From an uncultured Clostridia bacterium (GTDB taxonomy: Bacteria; Bacillota; Clostridia; Oscillospirales; Acutalibacteraceae): a stretch of 64,000 bases of DNA. The stretch covers positions 3,151 through 67,150 of the forward strand of contig CALGUK010000049.1 of the NCBI GenBank assembly GCA_937920235.1. The letters are read 5' to 3'. Both the position numbers and the translations under genes were made by a program. Of the stretch, positions 29,733 to 39,068 are shown one piece after another (position 1 is the stretch's first letter; each line of letters opens with the position of its first letter). Below the pieces are notes generated by a model. The model made no database searches. It worked only from the letters and a program-made list of their open reading frames with translations, and had not been told where the DNA came from.

Positions 29733-29760
29733 TTGACGAAGAAAAGTTTTGTGGTATAAT
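29733..29760 (+). promoter_or_regulatory. sigma-A promoter of ptsH
   Basis: TTGACG, a 16-nt spacer, then TGGTATAAT (extended -10). Confidence 0.55.
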
Positions 29761-29822
29761 ATATTAGTAACAAAGGTGTATCTATCTGTTATATAAATAT
29801 TTTCATTTGGGAGAATGAGTTT

Positions 29823-30086
29823 ATGTATACTAAAGACGTAGAAGTAAAAAATCAAGTTGGTTTGCACGCACGTCCAGCAACCTTCTTTATCCAGAAAGCC
29901 AATGAATTCAAATCATCAATTTGGGTTGAGAAGGAAGACAGAAGAGTAAACGCTAAGAGCCTTCTCGGCGTTCTTTCTCTCGGTATTATGGGCGGCACAA
30001 CAATCCGTATCCTTGCAGGCGGTCCTGATGAGGAACAGGCTGTTGAAGAACTTGTTAAGCTTGTTGAATCAGGCTTCGCAGAATAA
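29823..30086 (+). CDS. ptsH: phosphocarrier protein HPr
   Basis: His15 motif GLHARPA and Ser46 motif NAKSLLGV. Confidence 0.95.
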   Translation: MYTKDVEVKNQVGLHARPATFFIQKANEFKSSIWVEKEDRRVNAKSLLGVLSLGIMGGTTIRILAGGPDEEQAVEELVKLVESGFAE

Positions 30087-30101
30087 TCTGAACTCAACTT
30101 G

Positions 30102-30134
30102 AGCACATCGTTCTTGCGGTGTGCTTTATTTTTT
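30102..30134 (+). terminator. rho-independent terminator after ptsH
   Basis: Hairpin agcacatcg / cggtgtgct followed by TTATTTTTT. Confidence 0.75.
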
Positions 30135-30249
30135 GTATTTATATGTTATAATATTTTCCGTAAAGGTCGGCATTCCGGACAAGCCACACACTGTAACGGC
30201 TGTGCTGCCCGGTCAGTCCATGCAAATTAACCTGTAAACTATTTGAACG

Positions 30250-32100
30250 GTGGTGAAATATGTGAACGAAAAACTGCATATTCTTCGAGAAAAAGCAATG
30301 AAATTACCTCTTACTCCCGGTGTTTATATTATGAAAAATAAGCAGGGCAAAATAATTTACATCGGTAAGGCAAAAAAACTTAAAAACCGTGTCAGCCAGT
30401 ATTTCGGTTCACAGAATAAGCATCCCGTTAAAGTGCGTAAAATGGTTGAAAATGTGGATGATTTTGACTATATTCTCACTGATAGCGAATTTGAGGCGCT
30501 TGTGCTTGAGGCAAGTCTTATCAAACAAAATCAGCCAAAATACAATATTCTTTTAAAAGACGATAAGGGATATAGCTATATCAGGATTACAAATGAACCA
30601 TACAGGAAAATCTCCGCCGTGTTGCAGAAGGATGATGAAACTGCCGAATATATAGGTCCGTTCACCAGTTCATATTCGGTAAAGCAGTCGGTTGACGAGG
30701 CAAATAAAATTTTCAGACTTCCGCAGTGTAACAAGTCATTTCCAAGGGATTTCAGGAAGGGAAGACCGTGTCTGAATTATCATATAAATCGCTGTATGGG
30801 AGTTTGTACCGGAAAAATATCAAAAGAAGAATATGATGAGGCTGTAAATGATGCTCTTGATTTTCTGAATGGGGATATATCGAAAATCATAAAGGAATTA
30901 AAGAAAAAAATGATAGCCTGTTCAGAAAATCTCGATTTTGAAAATGCAGGCAAGTTCCGTGACCGGATACGCGCGATTGAGAATATGCAGACAAAACAGA
31001 AGGTTGTAACCGAATCGGGAAATTCAATGGATGTTTTTGCCGTTACGGTAAATGAAACGGATATTTGTATCGCCGTTTTGCGATATGATAAGGGCAGACT
31101 TTGCGACAGTGAACACTTCTTCTTTGATTCGGAAAAAATGGTGGAGAATGTCCGCTGCAATTTCCTTATACAGTATTACGGCATGAACCGTTCAGTACCC
31201 GAAAAGATTTATGTTGATGAGGAGTTTGAGGATATGGAGCTTCTCAGACAGCATCTGACTTTGTTGAGAGGAAAAAAATGTACAATATCCGTTCCTCAGA
31301 GGGGTGACGGTCTCAAGCTTGTAAACATGTGCCGCGAAAATGCATACGAACAGCTTGCTCAAAAAAAAGGCAGGCAGGCGGTTGAGATAAAGGTTCTTGA
31401 GGAGTTGAAAAATATTCTCGGACTTGACAAAACTCCCGAGTATATTGAATCCTACGATATTTCCCATACGGGCGGAGAGGATAATGTGGCAGGAATGGTT
31501 GTTTTTAAAAACGGCAGACCGCTGAAAAGAGCCTACCGTACTTTCAACATAAAGTCATTTACAGGACAGGATGACTACGGCTCAATGCGGGAAGTTCTTT
31601 CCAGAAGATTTGACGAGTATTTCAAATTCAGGGAAATCAACTCCGAAGAGGGCTTCGGAAAACTGCCGGATCTTATTCTTCTTGACGGCGGCAAAGGACA
31701 GGTTAATGCCGTAAAAGAGGTTTTTGCAGAAAAAAATATAAATGTTCCGCTTTTCGGTATGGTCAAGGATTCAAAGCACAAAACCAGAGCGATAACAGGC
31801 GACGGCGGTGAAATCTCAATCAATTCCGCAAGAAGTGTTTTCACGCTTGTATCGGAAATTCAGGAGGAGGTTCACAGATTTTCTGTCAGCTTCCACCATA
31901 AAAAACATACGGCAAGAGGTCTTGAACTATCTCTGACCAAAATTGACGGGATAGGAGAGAAAAAAGCCGCAGAACTTTTCAGAAAATTCAGAACAGTAAA
32001 AAATATCAAAAATGCAAGCATTGAAGAGCTGGAGCAGGTCAGAGGAATAAACAGACAGCTTGCAGAAAAAATTTATGATTTTTATAATTCAGAGGAATAA
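30250..32100 (+). CDS. uvrC: excinuclease ABC subunit C
   Basis: GIY-YIG motif (GVYIMKNKQGKIIYIGKAKKLKNRV), a UVR domain, the endonuclease domain and a C-terminal (HhH)2. GTG start; alternatives at 30253 and 30262. Confidence 0.95.
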   Translation: MVKYVNEKLHILREKAMKLPLTPGVYIMKNKQGKIIYIGKAKKLKNRVSQYFGSQNKHPVKVRKMVENVDDFDYILTDSEFEALVLEASLIKQNQPKYNILLKDDKGYSYIRITNEPYRKISAVLQKDDETAEYIGPFTSSYSVKQSVDEANKIFRLPQCNKSFPRDFRKGRPCLNYHINRCMGVCTGKISKEEYDEAVNDALDFLNGDISKIIKELKKKMIACSENLDFENAGKFRDRIRAIENMQTKQKVVTESGNSMDVFAVTVNETDICIAVLRYDKGRLCDSEHFFFDSEKMVENVRCNFLIQYYGMNRSVPEKIYVDEEFEDMELLRQHLTLLRGKKCTISVPQRGDGLKLVNMCRENAYEQLAQKKGRQAVEIKVLEELKNILGLDKTPEYIESYDISHTGGEDNVAGMVVFKNGRPLKRAYRTFNIKSFTGQDDYGSMREVLSRRFDEYFKFREINSEEGFGKLPDLILLDGGKGQVNAVKEVFAEKNINVPLFGMVKDSKHKTRAITGDGGEISINSARSVFTLVSEIQEEVHRFSVSFHHKKHTARGLELSLTKIDGIGEKKAAELFRKFRTVKNIKNASIEELEQVRGINRQLAEKIYDFYNSEE

Positions 32101-32101
32101 T

Positions 32102-32764
32102 ATGATTGATACAATAATTTTTGATTTGGACGGAACTCTTCTCAATACTCTTGAGGATCTTCGTGACAGCGTGAATTATGCACTTAAAGAACAGTCTCTT
32201 CCGCACAGAACACTTGGTGAAATACGTTCGTTTGTGGGTAACGGAATAAAGTTGCTTGTAGAAAGAGCTGTTCCCGATGAGTTCAGGGGTACGGATGTTG
32301 AGAAAAAATGTTTTGATACCTTCTGTGTATATTATAAAGCACATATGGAAGATAAAACAGCTCCTTACGACGGGATAAACGAGATGCTGTCCACGGTTAA
32401 AAAAGCAGGATATAAAACGGCTATAGTAACGAATAAAGCGGATTTTGCAGCACAGGATTTGTGCAGAAGAATGTTCGGCGACAATATAGACCTTATTGTA
32501 GGAAGCACCGATGACAGACCAAATAAGCCTGCTCCCGACGGAGTTTTTTATGCCCTTGATAAGATGAACAGCAGTGTTGAGCATACGGTTTTTGTCGGCG
32601 ACGCCGACACGGACATTCTCACGGCAAAAAATGCAGGACTTGTCTCAATCGGAGTTCTTTGGGGGTTCCGTGACAGAGAAATAATTGAAAATGAGGGTGC
32701 GGAATACATTGTTGAGACGGTAAAAGAGCTTGAAAACCTGCTTATACGACTGAAAAACGCGTAA
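32102..32764 (+). CDS. HAD-IA family hydrolase (phosphoglycolate phosphatase-like)
   Basis: Motif I IIFDLDGTLLNT, motif II TNK and motif IV VGDADTDI. Confidence 0.85.
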   Translation: MIDTIIFDLDGTLLNTLEDLRDSVNYALKEQSLPHRTLGEIRSFVGNGIKLLVERAVPDEFRGTDVEKKCFDTFCVYYKAHMEDKTAPYDGINEMLSTVKKAGYKTAIVTNKADFAAQDLCRRMFGDNIDLIVGSTDDRPNKPAPDGVFYALDKMNSSVEHTVFVGDADTDILTAKNAGLVSIGVLWGFRDREIIENEGAEYIVETVKELENLLIRLKNA

Positions 32765-32847
32765 TTTTTCTATATTTTTCATAAAAAATTTGACAAACAG
32801 ATATAAAAATGCGATAATAATATGTATTGAAAAAACGGAGTGAATTT

Positions 32848-33387
32848 ATGAGAGTAATAACAGGCGAGGCGAGGGGAAGAAAACTTGTCACCCTTGAGGG
32901 CGATGATGTTCGCCCGACAACCGACAGAGTCAAGGAAAGTATTTTTAATATTATTCAGTTTGATGTCGAGGGTGCATATGTGCTTGACTTGTTTGCCGGT
33001 TCCGGACAGCTTGGCATAGAGGCTCTCAGCCGTGGTGCAAAGCACTGCACTTTTGTTGATTCTTCAGCGCGTTCAATTGAGGTTGTCAAGCAGAATTTGA
33101 AAACCGTCGGCTTTGAAAAGAGAGCATCCGTTTTTTGCGGTGACGGTAAAATGTATATAACGCTGAGCCGTGACAGGTTTGACATTGCTTTGCTTGATCC
33201 GCCGTACAATAAAAAAATAATTGACAGTGTTATTGAGGCGGTCTCAGAAAAAATGACCGATAACGGTATCATACTTTGCGAAAGTGAACTGAAAGAAATG
33301 CTACCCGAGTCGGCAGGAGAGTTTACAGTATATCGTGAGTATAAGTACGGTAAAATTAAAATTACCGCATACAGAAAGAATAAGTGA
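32848..33387 (+). CDS. rsmD: 16S rRNA (guanine966-N2)-methyltransferase RsmD
   Basis: MRVITGEARGRKL N-terminus, the SAM site LDLFAGSGQLGIEALSRGA and a DPPY motif. Confidence 0.92.
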   Translation: MRVITGEARGRKLVTLEGDDVRPTTDRVKESIFNIIQFDVEGAYVLDLFAGSGQLGIEALSRGAKHCTFVDSSARSIEVVKQNLKTVGFEKRASVFCGDGKMYITLSRDRFDIALLDPPYNKKIIDSVIEAVSEKMTDNGIILCESELKEMLPESAGEFTVYREYKYGKIKITAYRKNK

Positions 33388-33391
33388 AAAT

Positions 33392-33883
33392 ATGAAAACT
33401 GTAATATGCCCGGGTAGTTTTGACCCGGTTACGAACGGACATCTCGATATTATCAGCCGAAGCTCAGCACTTTTTGATAAGGTTATCGTTGTTGTAATGA
33501 AAAATCCGTCAAAAACAAATTTTTGCTTTTCTCCTGAGGAGCGTGCAGAGCTTATCCGCAGATGTACCAAGGATTTTTCCAATGTTGAGGTTGATACCTA
33601 TGAAGGCTTGTTGGCCGAATATGCACGGCTGAAGGGTGCGGTCGCCATTGTGAAGGGACTGCGTGCCGTGTCGGATTTTGAATATGAATTTCAGCAGGCG
33701 CAGATGAATAAAAAACTCAACAGTGAGCTTGAGACCATATTTATCAATACAAGAGTTGAAAATTTGTATCTGAGCTCAAGTGCGGTCAAACAGATTTGCG
33801 AATTAGGAGGGGACATAAGCCATTTTGTGCCCGAAATAATTTGTGAAGATATAGTAAAAAGAATTAAAATGAGGTGCGAGTAA
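33392..33883 (+). CDS. coaD: phosphopantetheine adenylyltransferase
   Basis: CPGSFDPVTNGHLDII (HxGH-type) motif. Confidence 0.95.
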   Translation: MKTVICPGSFDPVTNGHLDIISRSSALFDKVIVVVMKNPSKTNFCFSPEERAELIRRCTKDFSNVEVDTYEGLLAEYARLKGAVAIVKGLRAVSDFEYEFQQAQMNKKLNSELETIFINTRVENLYLSSSAVKQICELGGDISHFVPEIICEDIVKRIKMRCE

Positions 33884-34417
33884 ATGACAATAGAAAACTT
33901 ACTTGAAGAGATCGAAACAATACTTGAGGAAGGCAAAACAGTACCATTTACATCAAATCTTCTTGTTGATGCTCAGGCTATCAAAACTGCTATTGAGGAC
34001 ATCAGACTCAATATGCCCGAGGAGCTTATGCAGGCAAGAAAAATTGCTTCAGAGAGAAAAGAAATACTCACGGGTGCGCAGGATAATGCTGATAAGATTA
34101 TCGAGCAGGCACATCTGAGAGCAAAAGAAATCATCTCGGAGGATGAAATCACAAGAGGTGCTGAGATGCAGGCTGAAGAAATTGTTCAGCAGGCCCGTCA
34201 GAAAGCAAACGAAATTATTGAACAGGCAAGAGCTTCCGCAACCGAGCTTACCGAGCAGGCAAGAAACTGGTCAAAGGATATGCGACAGAGCGCAAGCGAA
34301 TATGTTGAAAGCATCGTAGCCGTTGCCGATGAAACTCTGACAAATTCCGTTAACGAAATCCGTCGCGCACGTCAGCATCTTAAAGCAGCTTCTCAGTCAA
34401 AAAGAGTAGACGAATAA
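33884..34417 (+). CDS. coiled-coil protein with ATP-synthase b/E-like heptads, unknown function
   Basis: 177-aa ORF abutting the coaD stop. It carries repeated EIIEQA/QQARQKANEIIEQAR helical repeats. Confidence 0.6.
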   Translation: MTIENLLEEIETILEEGKTVPFTSNLLVDAQAIKTAIEDIRLNMPEELMQARKIASERKEILTGAQDNADKIIEQAHLRAKEIISEDEITRGAEMQAEEIVQQARQKANEIIEQARASATELTEQARNWSKDMRQSASEYVESIVAVADETLTNSVNEIRRARQHLKAASQSKRVDE

Positions 34418-34484
34418 TTTAATATTATAAATTTTCACCTCGGCGCATATTTATTTATATAAAATGTGTTCGAGGTGTTAGTAT

Positions 34485-34955
34485 ATGTTCGTGTATTCGG
34501 TAAAGTCGGGCCATATCAAAACCGTCTTTCTTGTAATGTTTGCGGTGATAACCGTCATTTCTCTGGCGGTACTGTCAAAAGAAAGCAGCAGTACATCGGC
34601 GGACGGTGAGCAGGTTTTTACTGCTGCTGATAATACTCAAAGACTTTCATTCATTTCAAATTACGGATGGGAGGTCGATGAGGAGGCTGTTGAGGTGAAA
34701 GAGGTTGTTATACCTGAGGAGCTTGATGATACATATACGGCATATAATGAAATTCAGAAGTCACAGGGGTTTGATCTGACGCTTTATGCTGGAAGAAGAG
34801 TTAAACGCTGGACTTATATAATAAATAATTATGAGGGATACGAGAACCGTGACTGTATCCGTATAAACATCCTTGTCTGTGACGATATCATTATCGGCGG
34901 AGATGTTTGTTCGGTTGAACTTGACGGATTTATGCACGGGTTTTCTCCGTCGTGA
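34485..34955 (+). CDS. membrane-anchored hypothetical protein (resembles DUF4830 family from memory)
   Basis: N-terminal TM helix followed by YGWEVDEEAVEVKEVVIPEELDDTYTAYNEIQKSQGFDL. The family assignment is from recall, not from a search. Confidence 0.6.
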   Translation: MFVYSVKSGHIKTVFLVMFAVITVISLAVLSKESSSTSADGEQVFTAADNTQRLSFISNYGWEVDEEAVEVKEVVIPEELDDTYTAYNEIQKSQGFDLTLYAGRRVKRWTYIINNYEGYENRDCIRINILVCDDIIIGGDVCSVELDGFMHGFSPS

Positions 34956-34963
34956 CAATTAAT

Positions 34964-35671
34964 ATGGAAAGACTTGACAAATTACTTGCATCCCAGGGCT
35001 CGTTATCCCGCCGAGATGTAAAGGAAATGATTAAAAATGGCAGAATATCACTTAACGGTACGGTTGTTAAAGACAGTGCCATCAAAATCGACGAAAACAA
35101 CGACACCTTGATGATGGACGGTGTTGAGATTGTATTAAAAAAGCATATTTATATAATGATGAATAAGCCTCAGGGTGTGGTTTCAGCAAGTGAGGGCGAA
35201 AAGGAAAAAACAGTGGTTGATCTTGTCCCCGAAAATCTGTATCGCAAGGGACTTTTTCCTGCCGGCAGGCTTGATAAGGACACAACGGGGTTTGTACTGC
35301 TGACAGATGACGGTGATTTTGCCCACAGGATTTTGTCGCCCAAAAAGCATATATTCAAAACCTATATAGCAACTCTCGAGCACCCGCTTACAGACGAGGC
35401 GGAGACTATGCTCGAAAACGGCATAACCCTTGCAGACGGGACACAGCTTAAAGAGGCACGTGTTGAAATCATCGGCGCGGACAAGTCTGTTGTAAAGATA
35501 ATGATATGCGAGGGTAAATACCATCAGGTGAAAAGAATGTTTGCCGCAACAGGTAATAAGGTGATGTCATTGCACAGGTCAAGGATGGGCGGACTTTCCC
35601 TTGATGAGACTCTTTCGCCCGGGGAGTGTCGCGAAATCACGGCAGAAGAGCTGAAAAAAATCGTCGGTTAA
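34964..35671 (+). CDS. rRNA pseudouridine synthase (RsuA/RluB family)
   Basis: S4 domain (MERLDKLLASQGSLSRRDVKEMI) and the catalytic GRLDKDTTGFVLLTDDG motif. Confidence 0.92.
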   Translation: MERLDKLLASQGSLSRRDVKEMIKNGRISLNGTVVKDSAIKIDENNDTLMMDGVEIVLKKHIYIMMNKPQGVVSASEGEKEKTVVDLVPENLYRKGLFPAGRLDKDTTGFVLLTDDGDFAHRILSPKKHIFKTYIATLEHPLTDEAETMLENGITLADGTQLKEARVEIIGADKSVVKIMICEGKYHQVKRMFAATGNKVMSLHRSRMGGLSLDETLSPGECREITAEELKKIVG

Positions 35672-35799
35672 AATATATTAGTCATTTTTAACAAAGAAAA
35701 ATCAAGTTAAAAAACGTCTAAAATGCGTGTATTTACCAAAAAATTTTTGTTTTTTTGTGTAAAATGTTTGAAAAAAAGCAAAAAATATCAAAATTTTAC

Positions 35800-35828
35800 T
35801 TGCCAAAATCTCTTTTATTGTGTAAAAT
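35800..35828 (+). promoter_or_regulatory. candidate sigma-A promoter of the PucR-family gene
   Basis: TTGCCA, a 17-nt spacer, then TAAAAT. Confidence 0.4.
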
Positions 35829-35873
35829 ACATAGTGTTGCAATAGTGAATTTGTATAAAGGGTGGTTATAACA

Positions 35874-36959
35874 ATGTCAAACAGATTGTTTCAAGGCATC
35901 GTTCATCAGATGACGGAGGTTATTGAACGCGCATTTGGTGTAATTGATGAGACCGGCACTGTTATTTCGTGCAGCGAGTTGGGACGCATCGGCGAGGTGC
36001 AGTCAAACGCTGTGTCTGAAGTTCTTTTATCTTCTGAAAATAAAGTGGTGGACGGATATACTTACAAAGCCTTCGGCGGACATATGCATCCTGAATATGC
36101 GGTGTTTGTTGAAGGAGAGGATGAGATTGCTGACAGATATGTGGGTGTACTTTCTGTTTCTCTTTCCACAATCAAACAATATTATGACGAAAAATACGAC
36201 CGCGGTAATTTTATAAAGAATGTTATTCTTGACAATATCCTTCCGGGCGATATTTATATTAAAGCGAGAGAGCTTCATTTCAGTAATGATGTTACGAGAG
36301 TAGTTCTTCTTATAAGAATTACGGATAAAAACGATGTTTCTGTTTTTGATGTTATTCAGGATCTTTTCCCGGATAAGTCAAAAGATTTTGTTATCAATAT
36401 CAATGAAACCGATATTGCACTTGTCAAGGAAGTTAAGAGCAATATTGAAACAAAAGATCTTGAAAAGCTTGCCCGTTCAATTGCAGACTCACTCGGAACA
36501 GAGTACTATACTCATGTTCTTGTCGGTATCGGTACGGCGATTGACAGCATAAAAGATCTTGCACGCTCATTCCGTGAGGCCCAGGTTTCACTTGAGGTTG
36601 GTAAGGTGTTTGATACCGAGAAAACAATTGTAAGCTATGATAATCTCGGCATTGCAAGACTCATTTATCAGCTTCCCACAACTCTTTGCGAAATGTTTCT
36701 CCGCGAAATCTTTAAGCGAGGTTCAATCGAAAGCCTTGATCATGAGACTCTTTTCACTATACAGAAATTCTTTGAAAACAACCTTAATGTATCTGAGACA
36801 TCAAGAAAACTCTTCGTTCACAGAAACACGCTTGTCTACCGACTTGAAAAAATCAAGAAGCTTACAGGACTTGATCTTCGTGAATTTGATGATGCAATCG
36901 TCTTTAAAGTCGCTCTTATGGTTAAGAAGTATCTTGATGCAAATCCGATCAAATACTAA
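35874..36959 (+). CDS. PucR/CdaR family transcriptional regulator
   Basis: C-terminal PucR HTH (NLNVSETSRKLFVHRNTLVYRLEKIKKLTGLDL). Confidence 0.85.
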   Translation: MSNRLFQGIVHQMTEVIERAFGVIDETGTVISCSELGRIGEVQSNAVSEVLLSSENKVVDGYTYKAFGGHMHPEYAVFVEGEDEIADRYVGVLSVSLSTIKQYYDEKYDRGNFIKNVILDNILPGDIYIKARELHFSNDVTRVVLLIRITDKNDVSVFDVIQDLFPDKSKDFVININETDIALVKEVKSNIETKDLEKLARSIADSLGTEYYTHVLVGIGTAIDSIKDLARSFREAQVSLEVGKVFDTEKTIVSYDNLGIARLIYQLPTTLCEMFLREIFKRGSIESLDHETLFTIQKFFENNLNVSETSRKLFVHRNTLVYRLEKIKKLTGLDLREFDDAIVFKVALMVKKYLDANPIKY

Positions 36960-36975
36960 AGGATATTCACAATTT

Positions 36976-37008
36976 ATAGCGGGGCAGCACCTCGCTATAT
37001 TTTTTGTT
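36976..37008 (+). terminator. rho-independent terminator after the PucR-family gene
   Basis: Hairpin atagcgggg / cctcgctat (one G-U pair) followed by ATTTTTTGTTT. Confidence 0.7.
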
Positions 37009-37077
37009 TAAATATAATAATATCAGCGTATAATTTTGTGCAAAGTGACGATAAATGTAAACATTTATTAAAACCCC

Positions 37078-37105
37078 TTACAAACACAACATTTTGTGGT
37101 ATAAT
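37078..37105 (+). promoter_or_regulatory. sigma-A promoter of the ftsE operon
   Basis: TTACAA, a 16-nt spacer, then TGGTATAAT (extended -10). Confidence 0.5.
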
Positions 37106-37182
37106 AGAAACCAACAATGACTATTATGTGTTATTGTTTCTAATTTTCGGCAAATTTCGTCAACTATTACATAAAGGATAAG

Positions 37183-38166
37183 GTGCATATTGTGATTGAA
37201 TTCAAACATGTTTCAAAAACATATGAAAACGGTACGAATGCTCTGCGTGATGTTTCAATAAAAATTGAAGATGGTGAATTTGTATTTATCGTCGGCTCAT
37301 CGGGTGCGGGCAAAAGTACCTTTTTGAAAATTATAATGCGTGAACAGGTCGCAAACAGCGGCTCTGTAATTATTAACAACTATAATCTTAACAAATTAAA
37401 GAAAAAGGATATTCCGAAATTCCGCAGAACAATGGGAATTGTTTTTCAGGATTTCCGTCTTATTCCCAATATGACAGTATATGATAACGTGGCATTTGCT
37501 ATGCGTGTTATCGGTGCAAAGGAAAAGGATATCCGCAAGAGAGTTCCTTATGTCCTCAGTCTTGTGGGCCTTACCTCAAAGGCAAGACAGCTTCCGACAC
37601 AGCTTTCCGGCGGTGAGCAGCAAAGAGTTGCTCTTGCACGTGCTCTCGTCAATAATGCAGGAATTATTATTGCGGATGAGCCGACGGGTAATATCGACCC
37701 TGAAATGTCATACGAGATTGTTGACTTGCTTAATCATATCAATGCTAACGGAACAACGGTTGTTATGGTAACACATGAGCACGAGCTTGTGCGACGCTTT
37801 AATCACCGAGTTATAACTATAAATCAGGGTGAGGTTGTTTCGGATACGGGTGCAAAACCCGCTGTTGCCGAAGCTATTGCCGCAAATGAAGAAACTATAT
37901 ATTATGAAACACAGGCCGAGCTTAAAGAGGCTGTGGAGCAGGAACTTCAGGAAACTGTTGACCATATGCGTGAAGAAGTAATCAGTTCGCTTCTTGAGCT
38001 TGATGAAGAGGATAACACCTCTCCGTCATTCTACGCACAGCCCAACAGCGATGAAGAGCTTGAGGATTTTATGAAAACTTACGGTGTGGATAATTCTGAC
38101 ATTACATCGCAGGAAGTCGATTACTCCGCATATCTTGATGATAAGAACGGAGGTGACGCTCAGTGA
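37183..38166 (+). CDS. ftsE: cell division ATP-binding protein FtsE with ~100-aa acidic C-terminal extension
   Basis: Walker A GSSGAGKST, ABC signature LSGGEQQRV and Walker B IIIADEP. The ABC domain ends near aa 225, and an acidic tail follows. Confidence 0.93.
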   Translation: MHIVIEFKHVSKTYENGTNALRDVSIKIEDGEFVFIVGSSGAGKSTFLKIIMREQVANSGSVIINNYNLNKLKKKDIPKFRRTMGIVFQDFRLIPNMTVYDNVAFAMRVIGAKEKDIRKRVPYVLSLVGLTSKARQLPTQLSGGEQQRVALARALVNNAGIIIADEPTGNIDPEMSYEIVDLLNHINANGTTVVMVTHEHELVRRFNHRVITINQGEVVSDTGAKPAVAEAIAANEETIYYETQAELKEAVEQELQETVDHMREEVISSLLELDEEDNTSPSFYAQPNSDEELEDFMKTYGVDNSDITSQEVDYSAYLDDKNGGDAQ

Positions 38167-39068
38167 AAGGTGCAAGCTTAGGTTATCTTACAAAAGAAGG
38201 ATTTCGTAATGTCTGGGTTAACAGACTGATGTCATTGGCGTCAATTACCGTGCTTATGGCCTGTCTTGTCATCATCGGTCTCGGTTCAATGCTTTTCTTC
38301 AATATCAATGCTCTCCTTGATAAAATCGAAAGTCAGAACGTCATAATGGTTTATATTGAAGACGGAACAACGGACGCGGAAATCGAAAAGATGAGTCAGG
38401 AAATATACTCGCTCGGAAACATTCAGGATTGTATCTTTGTTTCAAAGGAAGAAGCCTTTGAAAACAGCAAGGAAGAAATGGGTGCCGATGCTGCTCTGCT
38501 CGAGGGAATGGAAAACCCGATGCCCGACGGATATAAAGTTGTTGTTGAGGATATGACCCTTTTCAAGCAGACGGTTTCCGGTCTGAACGGACTCGATAAT
38601 ATCGAATTAGTCCGTGAGAACAGCGATATAGCGGATAAACTTATTGATATACGCCACGCAGTTACGGTTGTAATTGCAGGTATGGTTATACTCCTCTTTG
38701 TCGTTTCTCTGTTTATAATTGCGAATACAATCAGAATCACAATGTTCTCAAGAAAACTTGAAATAAGTATTATGAAAGCGGTCGGAGCTACCAACTGGTT
38801 CATACGCTGGCCGTTTATGGTCGAGGGCGTGATAATCGGTGTTATTTCAAGCATCGTATCATTCGGAGTGCTCGCAGGACTTTATCAGGGTGTCTCATAT
38901 GTGTTCAGCGATTTGATGATGTTGTTTGAACCCGTTGCATTCGGTCAGTATGCAGGGTACATTCTTCTTATCTTTGCGGTAATCGGTATTTTCACCGGTT
39001 CTGTCGGAAGCCTTATTTCTATGGGCAGATATCTTAAGGAACAGGGGAGTGTTGTAAGTGAAGATTAG
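38163..39068 (+). CDS. ftsX: cell division permease FtsX
   Basis: TM1, an extracellular domain, then 3 TM helices. GTGA overlap with the ftsE stop. Confidence 0.92.
   Translation: MKGASLGYLTKEGFRNVWVNRLMSLASITVLMACLVIIGLGSMLFFNINALLDKIESQNVIMVYIEDGTTDAEIEKMSQEIYSLGNIQDCIFVSKEEAFENSKEEMGADAALLEGMENPMPDGYKVVVEDMTLFKQTVSGLNGLDNIELVRENSDIADKLIDIRHAVTVVIAGMVILLFVVSLFIIANTIRITMFSRKLEISIMKAVGATNWFIRWPFMVEGVIIGVISSIVSFGVLAGLYQGVSYVFSDLMMLFEPVAFGQYAGYILLIFAVIGIFTGSVGSLISMGRYLKEQGSVVSED

Noticed and set aside
30135-30249. A relatively GC-rich 5' leader of about 95 nt upstream of uvrC (ggtcggcattccggacaagccacacactgtaacggctgtgctgcccggtcagtcc), considered as a possible riboswitch, sRNA or LexA site.
   Set aside because: I could not fold it by eye into a convincing conserved structure, and there is no CGAAC-N4-GTTCG LexA box. 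An Rfam or covariance scan would be needed before making any claim.
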